DNA of 63,630 nucleotides, counting the filler, from Octopus bimaculoides (taxonomy: Eukaryota), in assembly GCF_001194135.2 (NCBI RefSeq). It is 5 parts of 4 records of this genome, joined end to end, with 100 filler letters (N's around TTAATTAATTAA, not from the genome) between each part and the next. Parts side by side here need not be neighbours in the genome. Positions count along the whole stretch, not along the records: positions 1 to 15,490 come from NC_068988.1; 4 more parts are not named here. One strand, given 5' to 3'. The position numbers and the translations under genes are program-made. The notes under the pieces were generated by a model that was not told where the DNA came from, made no database searches, and saw nothing but the letters and a program-made list of their open reading frames with translations. Positions 1-13,635 of this stretch are shown here, piece after piece. The first letter of the stretch is position 1; each line of letters begins with the position of its first letter.

Positions 1-41
<41 letters not shown>

Positions 42-443
42 TAAGAAGGAGAGAAACAAGTCGGTGTACATATTCAATCAATCCATTTGATATTATCGAA
101 ATTCTCCACAGTATACAATATACATAGATGCGTTCACATATATGAAAGATGATATAATTTATAAGAGTTTATAAACACATATAAATACGAAGGTTTATAA
201 ATATATAAAAATTCATAAATATATAAAAACTTACAACCACATAAAGATTCATAAATATATAAACACATAAATATAAATACACATTTGTACTTGCGGAATC
301 CGAATGTCCGTATAAGAATCAAAGTCTATCGGATTATTTTGCCGAACCGCTCACATTACAGGGCGCAAACAAACCAACACCTGTCACAAAGTAATGGGAA
401 ATGACAAACACAGCCACAAAAACACACACAAGCATATACATAA

Positions 444-3400
444 TCTCTTCTATATATATATATAAANNNNNNNNNNAATCTCTTATCTCTTACACTATTT
501 CAGTATTACGTGTCAAAAGTGAAGCAATAGCATCTCTCTATTGCAATGCGAGATACTTTCAGTTTAATACTTTCACTATTAAACTTAAACTATTACCTCG
601 CATATATACATACATACATATTTCATAAACACTCTACCACTGCTACTAATAATTGTTGGGAACTCTTTCAGACCCGCCTTACATTCGAACCGGAATCTCA
701 AAAACATCGTCCCCTTACATCTCATTCTCATTTCATTACAACGACAGGCAAATAAAACTTACTTCGTACGACGAGACAATGGACGATGGTAACAGACATT
801 AACCAGATGCTACCTTGTCAAGTGAAATATATTGCCATCCGCCTGTTCATAAATTTCACATGCAATCCCAAGTGGAAGGAGAGTCAGGCCGATCTCTTCT
901 TCGGTCAAAAGCCTAAAGACAGGCATGACCTACCCGCCTGAGTTTTCCATCTGAAGTTAATCACTTTCATGGAGCCCATAAAGAAGGGGAACCAAGGGAT
1001 AGTCACATACAATGTGATATGTACTCAATCGAATGGCAAAAAAGGGGCCTTCCACATACTCATATCCTGCTTTGGCTCGCAACGAAGATCAAATCCACTG
1101 ACAGCGACAAGATAATCTCTGCAGAGCTTCCTGATCCAGCTTTAGACAAAGTACTATACGAAATAGTTAAGGCAAACATGGTGCATGGTCCATGTGAGCG
1201 TGGATTCAACATTAACTCACCGTGCTTGAAAGACAGCGTATGTTCAAAAAGGTTTCCAAGGAGGTTCCTACAAGAAACTCAGACAGGTGCCGATGGGTAT
1301 CCATCATACATACGGAGAAAACCAGAAGACGGCGGTTTCACAGCAACTATCGGACAGCACGGGGTTGATACTAGATGGATTGTTCCCTACTGCCCACTCC
1401 TGTCAAACACTTTCAATGCCCACATCAACGTTGAGTTTTGTAAATCCGTTAAGTCCATAAAGTACGTTTGTAAGTATGTGAACAAGGGTTCTGACGCTGC
1501 AATGTTTGGACTTCAACAAGAATACTGCCAGGATGAGGTGACGCACTATCAGGTGGGACTGTACATAAGTAGCCACGAGGCCTTCTGGCGCATCTTTGGC
1601 TTCCCACTTCACCAACGACACCCCGCCATCCAACATCTTGTAGTGCACCTGAAAAAACGGTCAAAGGGTTATGTCACCGATGCTAATGCTTCTCTGTTGG
1701 CAGGGAAACCAAGGGATACCACACTCACTGCATTTTTCAAGCTTTGCCAAGGTGATCCATTCGCTCAAACCTTGCTGTATCCACAGATTCTGTCGTACTA
1801 CACCTGGAATGGAAAAAAATGGGCCCCAATGAAAGCAGGTCAAAATGTTCATGGATACCTTGGCATTAAGTTTGACACTTGCCTTGGGCGAGTATACACA
1901 GTACATCCCACTCAACAATAGTGTTTCTACCTCCGTCTACTACTGCATAAAGTCAGAGGGCCAACGTGTTTTCAGGCCCTAAAAACCGTTCATGGACATG
2001 TCTGCACAACATACAGAGAAGCCTGCTATCGACAAGGACTGTTGGAAGATGGTGCACAATGGGATGCAACTTTATGAGAGGCTGCTTTATCAGAAAAGTC
2101 TCGGGGCACTATTTGCAGTATTATTATAGACATGCGAACTGTGTGATCCGGCCACTCTATGGCTCAAGTACAGGGACAACCTGGCTGAAGACTTTAAGAG
2201 GCAAGTTCAACTGCTTTATCCTGAAGTGGAGGGTATCAGCAATGAAGTCTACAACAAAGCTCTCATTGACATTGAAGACAGAATTGCTACACTGGGTGGA
2301 AATGAATTATCCACATATGGCCTGCCACAAACATTCAGGTCAGGGTCAACTAGCCTTCCCACTGCTGTCATTCGTGAAACATCCTTCGACACTCAAGTGC
2401 TTTCAAAGTACGTTGTTGAAAACGAGCCTAAATTACTTCCGGACCAGCTGCAGGCCTACAGAACTATTCTTAACAATGTACGCCAACGCGAGGGCCAAAT
2501 CTTCATCCTGGATGCTCCTGGAGCGAAAGGAAAAACATTTATTACAAAATTTCTCCTTCTCAGAAGTTAAGCAGCATCAAGACATCGTGGTAGCTGTGAT
2601 TTCCTCTGGTGGCAGGACAGCACACTTGACTTTTAAACTTCCTCTCAATTTAGCAGCATCCGAGATGCCTTCATGCAACATCAACAAAGCTCAGATCAGG
2701 GGAAGGTACTTAAAAGGTGTCAACTAATCGTCTGGGATGAGTGCACCATGGCTCATAAGGGAGTTTTGGTATGCATTAGATAGAGCCCTGAAAAACATCC
2801 GAGACTGTTAGACTCCAATGGGAGGTATAACGCTTCTGTTGTCAGGTGATTTCAGGCAAGCTCTTCCTGTCTTTCTGAAAGGCACTAGAGCAGATGAGGT
2901 CCAAGCATGCCTAAAGTCCTCTACCCTGTGGCATCATGTTACGATCCTCAGTCTAACCACTAACATGAGAACTCAGCTACACGGTGATCAAATGTCCACA
3001 AAGTTTGCACAGGACATTTTGACACTTGGAGATGGCAAGGTGCCTCTTGACGCTGCAGGAGAAATGATAGTGTGGCCATTTTCCTCTGTTGTTAATTCTG
3101 TAGATGAGCTCAAACACAAAGTCTTTCCCAACTCCACAGAAAACTATCAAAATCACAATTGGCTGTGTGAAAGAGCAATATTAACTCAAAAAAAACGTCA
3201 CTGTTAAAAAAGTAAATCAACAGCTAATGCATTCTCTTCTCAGCACTCTTCACACTTACAAGTCTGTTGATACAATTCTAGATAAAAATGAAGTGGTGAA
3301 CTATCCTCCTGAATTTCTGAATTCATTGGAGCCTCCTGGACTACCTCCCCACATATTAGCACTTAAAGTTGGAACTCCTGTAATGCTACTCCGCAATCTG

Positions 3401-4113
3401 GAACCACCAAATCTTTGTAATGGAACACGACTCGTGATAAAGAAAATGATGTCACAGGTTATCGGGGCTATCATTCTTTCTGGATGTGGAAAAGGTGATG
3501 CCGTCTTCATTCCAAGAATTCCTCTTTCACTATCAGGAGCAAAAACTCCATTTACATTCAGAAGACTGCAATTCCCCCTTCGTGTCAGTTTTGCCATGTC
3601 CATTAACAAATCTCAAGGTCAAACCCTCTCTGTAGCTGATCTTCTCTTGGAATAGCCCTGCTTCTCGCACGGACAACTGTATGTTGGCTGCTCAAGAGTG
3701 GGGTGCAAAAGAAACCTCTTTGCATATGCTCCACGAGGAAAAACAAAGAACATTGTTTACAACGAGGTGTTATAATCACAACAGCTAGGAGGTATGTACA
3801 TGATCACCTTTTCTTACCAAACTTCATGTACTTTCATGTATTTACATTGATATACATATATATATGTATGTGTGTGTGTGTGTCAATATATATATATATA
3901 TATACATTGCATGCCAACTAATGTTGGTATATTTATGTCCCCATAAATTAGCAGCTTCCCAAAAGAGACCGATAAAATGAGTGCTTGGGGTCAATTAGTT
4001 CGACTAACGGCAATGCTCCAGTAACGCCACAGTCAATTGCTTTAAACAAGTAAAAGATAAGAACAAACAAATATGCCATTTCACTTCTGAGCAACGCCGG
4101 GTATCTCTACTAG
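444..4113 (+). mobile_element. Helitron (rolling-circle transposon), decayed
   Basis: Rep and PIF1 helicase remnants (next entry). 3' end is gagcaacgccgggtatctcta-CTAG|T (CTAG 4110-4113) after a degenerate GC-rich hairpin. The 5' TC start (a|TCTCTTCTATATA at 444) is tentative and lies next to a gap. Confidence 0.85.
860..3775 (+). pseudogene. Helitron RepHel pseudogene (HUH Rep + PIF1-family SF1 helicase), many frameshifts and stops
   Basis: Rep motifs FTCNPKW, YSIEWQKRGLPHTHILLW, VHGPC, WIVPYCP and KYVCKYVNKG. Helicase motifs GAKGKTF, GRTAHLTFKLP, VWDECTM, SGDFRQALPV, LCNGTRL, QFPLRVSFAMSINKSQGQTL and HGQLYVGCSRV, spread over ORFs 1019-1921, 2226-2570, 2818-3207 and 3227-3655. Confidence 0.93.
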
Positions 4114-5689
4114 TGTATACAAATATATATATATAGAAAGTATTAATCTTGACCCAAACAATTTATGGGAAGATTTCAAAACAAAAGTATTTCAGGCTGC
4201 AAGTTCGTCAGTGGGATTTAAATCTCATAAATCCAGAGATTGGTTCTCAGATAGATCAGCAGAAATTCATGATCTACTTTTAGAAANNNNNNNNNNNNNN
4301 NNNNNNNNNNNNNNNNNNNNNNNNNNNNNNNNNNNNNNNNNNNNGCAACACGGATTTCAAAAGTGATTGCAGTACGCACGTTTCATGCTACTTCAATTTA
4401 TTTAAGTAATGTGAGCATTACCTTAAATGCAATATGAAGAGCAATCTTCAGCTGCACGAAAAAATGTAGAAAAAAAGACATATTACAAATGTGGCAACAT
4501 ATTAAAACCAAGTGGGAGAGAGCAGAGGAAGAATATATAAGTCCATCTTGACATAGCAGGGTCTATCAGGGTCTATATACGCATATGGGTGTGTATATAA
4601 TCACTTTACTTCAGTTACAACCATAGTACTATTTCTGCACACACACACACATACACATACACATAAGCATGAACACACATGCACACTCACACACACGCGC
4701 GGGCACAAAACACACATACACATGATCTTTTTATATGTCTATCCTCCCGCCTCTTTGTAATCTATTTCTTACTCTTTTTTCAGGCTTTCTCTTTATATAT
4801 AATCTCGGTCTTGCCTCTCTCATATTTATTTACATTCATTTTCAATATATTTTCACTGTAGTGTTCGATCCTATTCTTCCTATCACCTCTCTCTCCTCCC
4901 TCTCCCTCTCCCTCCTTCTCTTAACCTCCTACTTTCTCCTTTTGTATTTTTCCCCTTCTCTTTCCCTCCTATATTCGCTTAATTTATACCTCCCTTTCAA
5001 AGCGTAAGTATATACAAATACTTAGAGGCGCAAAAATCAATCTGCGTTCGTAGAAACAAGGAAAAAAATCTATATATTTAATAGTTTGTTTTTCTATAAA
5101 CCTCTCGAACAGAAATAAATCAGAGATTTGTTATGATTATTCAGCTACTGAAACTACTTCCAACGGCCATTTCTTTTTTTCTTTCCTTCCAGTTCTAAAG
5201 GAAAACGAGAGAAGACCCTCCTCACCTTACTTCTTCATTAATATCAAGCAAGGCTAAGTAATACTCGTTAAGATATTCTCTAGATATTGATGGAGGGATG
5301 CAGCTGACTCGGTAGGCAGAATATAAAACTGCTTACGGAATGGTCCACCTTTTGTGCACTAACACTAATATATTGATGTTTCAAGCCAATTCATCTAACT
5401 CTTAAACAGTTCAATACGCCTGCTTACCTTCTCTCTCATCTTTATTCTATTTTCCCCTCTCAGGGTCCATCAGAATTGTTTCCAGATCGACTACAATTCT
5501 ATTGCTACTGTTATGTCGCGAGCCAGTGATCTCTCATTCCGCAAGAACTTCGATGAAAGTAATGTTGTTACATTTGACAACAAAGTTACGCTTACCGAGA
5601 GTGACTTCCAACTGTTTCCTCAAACCATATATTCCCCTCTCCCCTCTCCCCAACTTTTTACAAACACTGATTTGTGTAGAGTTTTCGTT

Positions 5690-6500
5690 ATGCATCCCAC
5701 ACTCTTCCACCTTTATATTAATGACCTACTTCCTATTAATTTTCACCAAACACACTGCATGGCAAATGATACTAATCTTACAGACGCATCATTTACACTA
5801 TCTAGATTCTTTATACTAAACTTGTGATAGTTTTATGAATAAGGATCTTAAATTATCCTCTATTGGAGACATCACAACCTAGTCAAATTCAACAGTACGC
5901 AAAATCTGTAGCTGCATATATTGAGAAATCAATCTTGTAACGTTACGTTTGTCCTACAATAAACATCTAAAACATCTCAAATTCGCTACAAGTGCTTTGT
6001 CTCACAATACCTGGTGATCTGACAACTACACACACACATATAGAACATTACAATAACTATCATACATCCCAATAACGAGATTTCCCCTTAGTTTAAAAAA
6101 AATACTCTACTACAGATAGGTTACTTATGCTCTACAGTATTCAAGTATTACTCTTATATGTGGAGTTGTTCTGCTACTTGACGCAAATATCCTAGACTTC
6201 ATGTTAACATAGCCATATCATTCACAAATACAACAATCATTAGACACTAGGCTTATAGACCTGGTGTCTCTTCATCCTCTAAAATAATAGCTTCTGCTTC
6301 ACCGATTTAACACTTCTAGTACCACCCATGCTCACTTCATGCACTCAGTGTTCCTTCACTCGTCATACTTAAAACTTAAAAACAACTGCACTCGTTCATC
6401 ACTCAAAATTGTTTCTACCTTGGGTTCCATACTAATCCTTTCTTTTCCAACAAGCATGAAACCAGGGACGTTCAAAGTGAACATCAACTCTATTTTTCAA
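5690..6500 (+). mobile_element. Degenerate non-LTR retrotransposon RT and 3' end (CR1/Jockey-like)
   Basis: PTLFHLYINDLL...HCMANDTNL matches the PTLFxLYINDL...YADD region of LINE RT. A downstream LVKFNSTQ-like segment matches the post-YADD FNxxKT motif. Confidence 0.6.
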
Positions 6501-6694
6501 CAGTATGGGAGAGCTTGTGAAGGCCATAGTCTCCGGTATTTCTGACGACTAAATACTTAAATAAAATATGAATAAATATAATTCAAAGCTGTAAGCAAGG
6601 TCAGTACTAGAAGATTAACGAGTACTTCTTTTTAAAAGGAAATACCAAGTTCAACTTCTTCTGGAAAATATAGGGTGCGAGTGTGAATCTGTGT

Positions 6695-6741
<47 letters not shown>

Positions 6742-7456
6742 CCTGTATATATGTGTGAGTGTGTGAATGTGCATGTGTGCGTGTATTCCACGTAGACATA
6801 AACATACATATATCATACAATACACACACATAACTAAGATCATATTCGACCAGCATACATACATCTTGCGATTCGGAGATAGAAACAACAACGACCTATA
6901 ACACTTCGTCTTGAAGCTGAAGGACAGAGGAGTTCGAAATTTGCCTTAAGTCTGGAACATACTACCTACTACACATCAGTATATCAATGGGGCAAAAATA
7001 TATACGTTATGCCCATTCAAAACGTTTTACACCCAAAAGAACTATGGTTAATGAACGCTTGAATTTTTGAGCCAATTCAAATAAAAGGCAAACATTTTAT
7101 CAAAAATTTCAAACATAATTAAGCTGGTATCTGATAGACTCGAGAAAAGCTGACCTATCCTTCACCATCAATTTTTTTTCTTTTCTGTTTTTTTGTCAGA
7201 AATAAGCAGAAATAAGCAGTGATCTCCAACAAGGTTAAAAGAAGGTCTGATCTCATCACCTACTCTCAACTAACCAATGAGAACTAGGAACCAGCAGCAA
7301 TCCTACGTACCAACTTCATTTTTCGGTATTCATTTCCAGAGAACTTGTGTGATTGTACACGCGTTTCACTATTTATAACTTACATTACGGTGATTTTCTA
7401 AATCATATTAATTATATGTGTGTGAGCGTATGTGTGTCTATATGTGCCTGCATATG

Positions 7457-7516
<60 letters not shown>

Positions 7517-7517
<1 letters not shown>

Positions 7518-8330
7518 TGGGTCATCTCATAAATAATGCGGGGTTTTTTTTCAGTTGCATGAACTAAAAGTTGGAGGGGGACGGGATAAGCAGGCAGTAA
7601 TTTTACCTTGTACTTATACTTAGTGCAAATTTTGAAGAGTGCAGTTCGATTTTAGTTATTTTTGCAAAGATATAATGGAAGTGACAAAGGAGCATATTCG
7701 ACATATTTTGCTTTATGAGTTCAATAAAGGCAACAACGGAAAGGAAAGTGCGAGGAATATTAACGCAGTATATGGGGATAGGGTAATAAGCGTAAGCCAG
7801 TGTCAACAGTGGTTCCAGAAATTCCGTGCCGGAAACTATAGCCTAGAAGATGAGCCTCGTCCGGGAAGATCTGTAGAGCTCGACGAGGACATCCTGCAAA
7901 CCCTGGTGGAACAAAATCCCCTCGTAACTGTTGTGGAACTAGCAGTGGAACTTGAATTTGGTCATTCAACCATTCATCGACACCTGCATGCCATCGGAAA
8001 AGTTAGCAAATTGGATCAATGGGTTCCTCACAAACTTACCAAGTCTAATCTCACGCAGAGAGTGAATGTGTGCTCTTCTTTGCGTGTGTCATGTCTCACG
8101 AATAAACCTTTTTTGGACCGAAAAGTGACTGGTGACGAGAAATGAGTTCTCTATAAAAATGTCAAGAGCTAATGACATTGGATAGGCAAAGGAGAAACAC
8201 CGGCACTCCTGGCTAAAGAAGGTCTTCACCCATGTAAGGTGTTGTTATCTGTTTGATGAGATATGAAAGGTTTAGTCGACTTTGAACTTTTAAACACAAG
8301 CCAAACGATAACAAATAAGATCTACTGTCA
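7517..8330 (+). mobile_element. Mariner transposon, 5' half (3'-truncated)
   Basis: TA followed by TIR-like TTGGGTCATCTCATAAATAATGCGG. ORF from ATG 7675 encodes HTH domains, WVPHKL and FLDRKVTGDEK (first catalytic D), then stops. No right TIR seen. Confidence 0.9.
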
Positions 8331-8495
8331 AATAATAAGCAGAAAACAAATGTATTCAAAGCCTTATAAAACATATATACTTTTCATCAAAATAACGAAG
8401 TAATTACATAACAGTACAGTTCTATATTTAAGAGATGAGGAATTATGTACATTATTTACATTTGACGGATATTTGTCCTCATATTGTTTGTTGTT

Positions 8496-8541
8496 AACAC
8501 AGAGTTTCAGCTGATATACCCTCCAGCCTTCATCAGGTGTT
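8496..8541 (-). ncRNA. Minimal type I hammerhead ribozyme, mutated copy
   Basis: AACAC-CTGATGA-A-GGCTG..CAGCT-GAA-ACTC-T-GTGTT on the minus strand; stem III palindrome broken. Confidence 0.55.
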
Positions 8542-8576
8542 TTGGGGAAATTTCGAACCTGGGTTCTCATTTTCGA

Positions 8577-8642
<66 letters not shown>

Positions 8643-8720
8643 CCAGGTCACTGCTTGGAATCGAACTCGGAATCTTGGGATTAGTAGCCCGCACTCTTAA
8701 CCACTACGCCATATGCCCAA

Positions 8721-8766
8721 GGCACCTGATGAAGGCTGGAGGGTATATCAGCCAAAACGTTGTGTC
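8721..8766 (+). ncRNA. Minimal type I hammerhead ribozyme, single G12->A lesion
   Basis: GGCAC-CTGATGA-A-GGCTG-GAGGGTATAT-CAGCC-AAA-ACGT-T-GTGTC. Stems I and II and palindromic stem III (ACGT) are intact; GAA is AAA at 8754. Confidence 0.7.
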
Positions 8767-10309
8767 AACAACAAACAAGATGAGGACAAATATCCGTCAA
8801 ATGTAAATAATATAAATAATGTACATAACAGTAGTAAAAACATGCAACCCTGCATTTCGCCTCATCAGTGTCCTGTAATAAATACATCAACCGATGTTGA
8901 AGCTCCTATTATATACACTTTTCCCTGTTAGGCAAATGATCGTGCTAGACTTACTACTGGAATGGAGTGTGGAACCCTCAACTAAGCCCGATTTTGGTTG
9001 TCTGTTTCACTTTACTGAACCCCTTTTATATATATATACACACATACATACATGTGTGTATTTGTGTCTGTTTGTTTGTGTCTCTGTGTGTTTGTGTTTG
9101 TCTGTGCTGCGTACGAGCGTATGTGTGTGCATATATGTACAGTTAAAAGTGATTTAGAAAGTTTCAGCTTTGCAAGTTGTAAATAAAGGAGTTAAAAATG
9201 AAGCTAAAGAAACTCTGGGGTATATACTTTTACTTTATGTTTCAATATTTTGGCTTTAAAACCATTTATCAAGGAAAAATGGAGATTGAGCTGTACAGAA
9301 ATGCAGAAAAATGAGCTGAGTGCGACACGTGCATATTAACGTTATTTATGTAGCCAATTACCGGAATGTAATTATAATTGATGTTTTATTTTTTGTGAAT
9401 AAGAATGACCTGTCTCCTTTTCGAGTTTCAAATTTCTAAGCCTTTGACAGTGACAGCAATACCCTTGTTGTGACATCTTTTCGGATAGTTTCCAGCCGAA
9501 AAGTTATTCGTGTTAATGGACTCTTCTACACATATGTAAACTTTTCAAATGATGTTACCGATATAAAACCCACCTTATTCATTAAATGTACTACATCAAA
9601 GACTGAAAAAATTACTTTCTAAAGCTACCAGTCTTTGATTACAAAATTAATGCTTCAATTCACCTAGGTATTGCATATGGGGAAACTGAATACACAAACG
9701 GCGCATTCGGCCCTTCTTTGAGAAACTAGATCTTTAGACATTATCGCTGATACGGCAAAATGTATGCACACACACTAACCAACTTGACCGTCAAAAATGT
9801 TGACGTGTTTCTATAGGCTTATATGACATACCGCATGGCATGTAAAAAAACAAAGAATTTTACATCGATTAAACCATTCACAAACTCAATCGCGGTAAAG
9901 AACTCTTTCCAATGAATGCCCATCTCAATCCAGCGCGGTAAGTTCTACTCAAGGTAATGTTTGCACCATGTAAAATGTATTATTGATATCTTCAAATCTA
10001 ATACAGCATGTGTATACAGGGTGCGTCAAAAATCCACCCAGATTTACCATTCTTGACGAAAGTTTCAACAATGAACGCACGATGTGAACCCGTTTAAACT
10101 ATGATGATAACAAATAAGAAATATAACAGTACTAGCCACATGAAAGCACCATTACCACCCGTCTCCTTTACTTTTGCCATACATATAAACGTATAAAATA
10201 TGAGCTGTTTTTCTCTCGTACTGTATGTGTATAAGTGTATGCGTGTGCATTTATATATGTATGCCTTTATATGTCGTTGTCTATGTATTTGTCCGTGTGT
10301 GGGGTGGGG

Positions 10310-10475
10310 TGTATCCTCCCGCAAAGCCTGAGAGATCTACATGGGGTGGATGTAGGTGTCTTCAAGGCAAAACTGAATCTCCTCCTGTCAAGAGTTCCGG
10401 ATGAACCTACATCGCGGCCGGAATCCCAGATGAGGGCAGCAACATCGAACTCCCACTGGCCGCAGCTCTCAAGCT
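10310..10475 (+). mobile_element. 3' terminal fragment of a LINE ORF2
   Basis: ILPQSLRDLHGVDVGVFKAKLNLLLSRVPDEP...RAATSNS resembles the LP..LR...FK..LD...VPD.P end of non-LTR ORF2. Confidence 0.5.
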
Positions 10476-11280
10476 GAAACTAGTAAAGCATGTATGCATG
10501 CATGTATGTATGTATCTATGTATTATGTATTATGTTTGCATGTATGAATGTGTTTGGATATGTGTACGTGTATTAATATCATTCGCAAGAAATTTATTGG
10601 CAGTGATTCACTATTACATTGCTCCTGAGATAACTTGTGCCATTTCTCTAAGCACTTTCCTTTAACTGACTTTCGACAACAATAGGGTAAAAAAGAAAGA
10701 TTGTTTTCCTCTGTGCCAGCATATGAAACTGTTGTAAGCCTTTACAATCAAATAACTGAATTAGTAGCAAACGCACACACACAGAAAAATGTATGTATAT
10801 GCATCATATATATACATATACAAATATGTAAATACATATGTATACAGATGTAAATACATATGTATACAGATGTAAATACATATGTATACATATATATATA
10901 TATATAAATACATACACACACTCATACATATATGGGTGTGAGTGTGACTGTATATAGGTACATAGAAATCTTTGTGAGAAAACGAATCGATAAGATTTCA
11001 TCATATCCTTTATTGAAACCAAACCCAATATATCGATTCATAATTTCAACTTTCATGTATTCTAAATTTTTCTCATGGTTCTTCCTAACTGTGTAGTACT
11101 TGGTCCCTTCGGGGTTTACTGCAACATAATTGGTTTTCGTTTGCTATACGAACTAAACCTGTCATGTGCTTATTAGCGCAACTTTGTCTGCACATACATA
11201 CACAAACATGCTTTCACTCTCTCTCCTTGTCTCTCTGTCTGTTTTCATATATTTATATATATATATATATNNNNNNNNNN

Positions 11281-11317
<37 letters not shown>

Positions 11318-11909
11318 ATGCGTATATGTATCCATATATGTGTGTGTATACATATATACATACATAATACATATATGTGTGTGTCTATGGGTGTACTTGT
11401 ATGCGTGTATGCTTGCGTGTATATGTGTATACGTGTGCACGCGCCCGCGTATGTGTGTGCCAAGCTCCCGTCTTGTAAAGCAGTATGCTACTTGGAGCGG
11501 TGTCTTAGAATTTATCAGTAAATCTAGAGTAAATCTAGAGCTGAAGGCTATATCCTTGAACCTATTCATGCAGTAAACTCAAATAGAACAGGACGCAAAT
11601 TCCAGTGTTACAGCCTAAGCCATATACTGCTTTCAGTGAAATATAATTCCTTTTGGTAAACATCTCTTAGAATTCTATTCACATCAAGTATGAATTATTG
11701 CAGCCGTTCCCAAATACGATATATTTTTGATAAGGTCACAAAAACAAATTATTTTCAAGTTTTGAAATACTTGTAATTATAAAATCTTTATATCTATGTT
11801 ATAGGCATAAGGGCCACCAGACAAAAATTGCTGCAATATAAGGCATATTTCCTCAAGAAAACTGACATGTTAAGTGTACTTCTTCGTTGTAATATATTAA
11901 AAAAGAAAG

Positions 11910-12122
11910 GCGGCGACGAGCCGGCAGAATCGTTAGCGCGCCAGGCAAAATGCTTAGCGGTATTTCGTCTGTCTTTACGCTCTGAATTCAAATTCCCCTG
12001 AGGTCCACATTGCCTTTCAGCCTTTCCGGACCGATAAAATAAGTACCAGTTGAACACTAGGGTCGATGTAGTCAATTCCCTACTCTGGAATTGTTGGCCT
12101 TATGCCAAAATTTGAAATCAAT
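11910..12122 (+). mobile_element. tRNA-derived SINE family A
   Basis: GGCAGAATCGTTAGCGCGCCAGGC...TTCAAATTCC head plus GCCTTT..CCTTT..GATAAAATAAGTACCAG core. The same sequence recurs at least 8 times in the window. Confidence 0.8.
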
Positions 12123-13456
12123 ATATTAAAAGAAAATCAGATATGGTTACTAATTTGCGAAAATGGGTCAAGAACGGTAAAAGAGTTGAGAAAGGTTGCA
12201 TGAGAGGAATATAAACTAACCCTGGTATTTAACTGATATTACATATCGACCCTGAAAAGGTCAAAGACAAATGTTAATGTTGGTGGGATTTGAACTCAAA
12301 CCGTAAAGAGTCATGACTAGATTCTTGTTTGCTGATTCTAATTAACCACTGCACTTCCCCATTTCTCATCTCATTATTCCCAACATGTTCCTCAACACTT
12401 ACCAGTTACAAAAGCGGGACAATCATCTATGATATGATGTATATGTCTCTATGAATACGTCTGCGCAAACTAGTTTTATTGAATTGCTTAAAGTGACCGG
12501 CATATTGCAGCGATGGATGCCCTAAAGTTGATATTCGTAATCAGCCACACTGCTTTCCCTCTATTTCAATATGTACTTAATCTCTGTCCTTCATTAACTT
12601 TAGTAAATCTTCAGTTTTATATTGTGTATCTCTGCCAATAATATAAATGTAGCTGGTTGATCTTTCTCTTCTATTAGGGTGCGGAAGTCTCCAAAATGTA
12701 ATATTTGATATGGTCTTTTCAGTTGGACACCAGACCAAAAAGTTACTTCACCCTAGTGTTTCAGCTTGAGTATGGAGCTTATTCCTTTCTTATTTATCTT
12801 CTCTCGCTCAGAAATAATGACAGTAGTCTCGAGTTAGTCAACTTCACAAAAAGGAATGTTCGTTATCAAAAACTGGGCATTGCTAGAGGGAGAATCGCCA
12901 GAAACCGAAACAATTTCGAAAATCATTTCCAGAAACCAATCCACATAGTCGCCAGTGTCTGAGCTGACAAGAAATTCTATAAAACTTGATCGGTAAAAAA
13001 TTCAACTTGGATCAGGAAAGGTTAAAAGAGCCTTCAAAAGGAAAGCAGTGAAAAAGACAAAAACATCGAGTGACTTGGTTATTGCAAAGATATCTTTGGG
13101 GATAATTATGAAAAAGTATCTAATTAGAAACTGGAAACCGTGTATTCTACATAATTATAAAGGAATTACTAATTAGAAACTGGAAGCCTTGTTTTTTACA
13201 AACTCTCAGTGATGATTCGGAAAATGAAATTAATTCTGGAATTGGTTCCTAAGTAATTGCCATGTAAGTGTTGATTATTCAAGATGTGGAAAACCAAAAC
13301 ATTAGCGACATTCAAACGTAATCATTTGTAATATTTGTTCAGCAAAGAATTACAGATATCCCCTTCGTTCTCTTCGACAGAAATACAGTAAAACAGTGAT
13401 TTCAACCTGTAACCAACGGTTGTTCCTCATTTACAGTATCACATCATCGGTGTTAT

Positions 13457-13502
<46 letters not shown>

Positions 13503-13598
13503 GCATACATACATACATACATACATACATACATACATACGTACATACATACATACATACATACATGCGTGTGTGGATGTATGTATGTGGGTATCTTT

Positions 13599-13635
<37 letters not shown>

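Larger units (their letters stand above)
8418..8821 (-). mobile_element. tRNA-headed, hammerhead-bearing SINE-like element (family E), inverted composite 1
   Basis: Full reverse copy 8418-8718: head with box A TGGCGTAGTGG and box B GAGTTCGATTCC, an (AAT)n spacer and a tail. It is followed by a forward partial tail 8716-8821 and flanked by direct repeat TACATAACAGTA (8405-8416, 8822-8833). Confidence 0.85.

Noticed and set aside
8640-8718. Family E heads as tRNA genes (ACT anticodon-like loop)
   Set aside because: Acceptor and T stems do not pair well and the heads are always fused to the same tail; they are SINE heads.
8840-8875. Minus-strand CTGATGA-GGC-GAAATGCAGGGTTGCAT-G, hammerhead-like
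   Set aside because: Stem II is only one base pair, position 17 is G and stem I is poor; probably chance or a very degraded relic.
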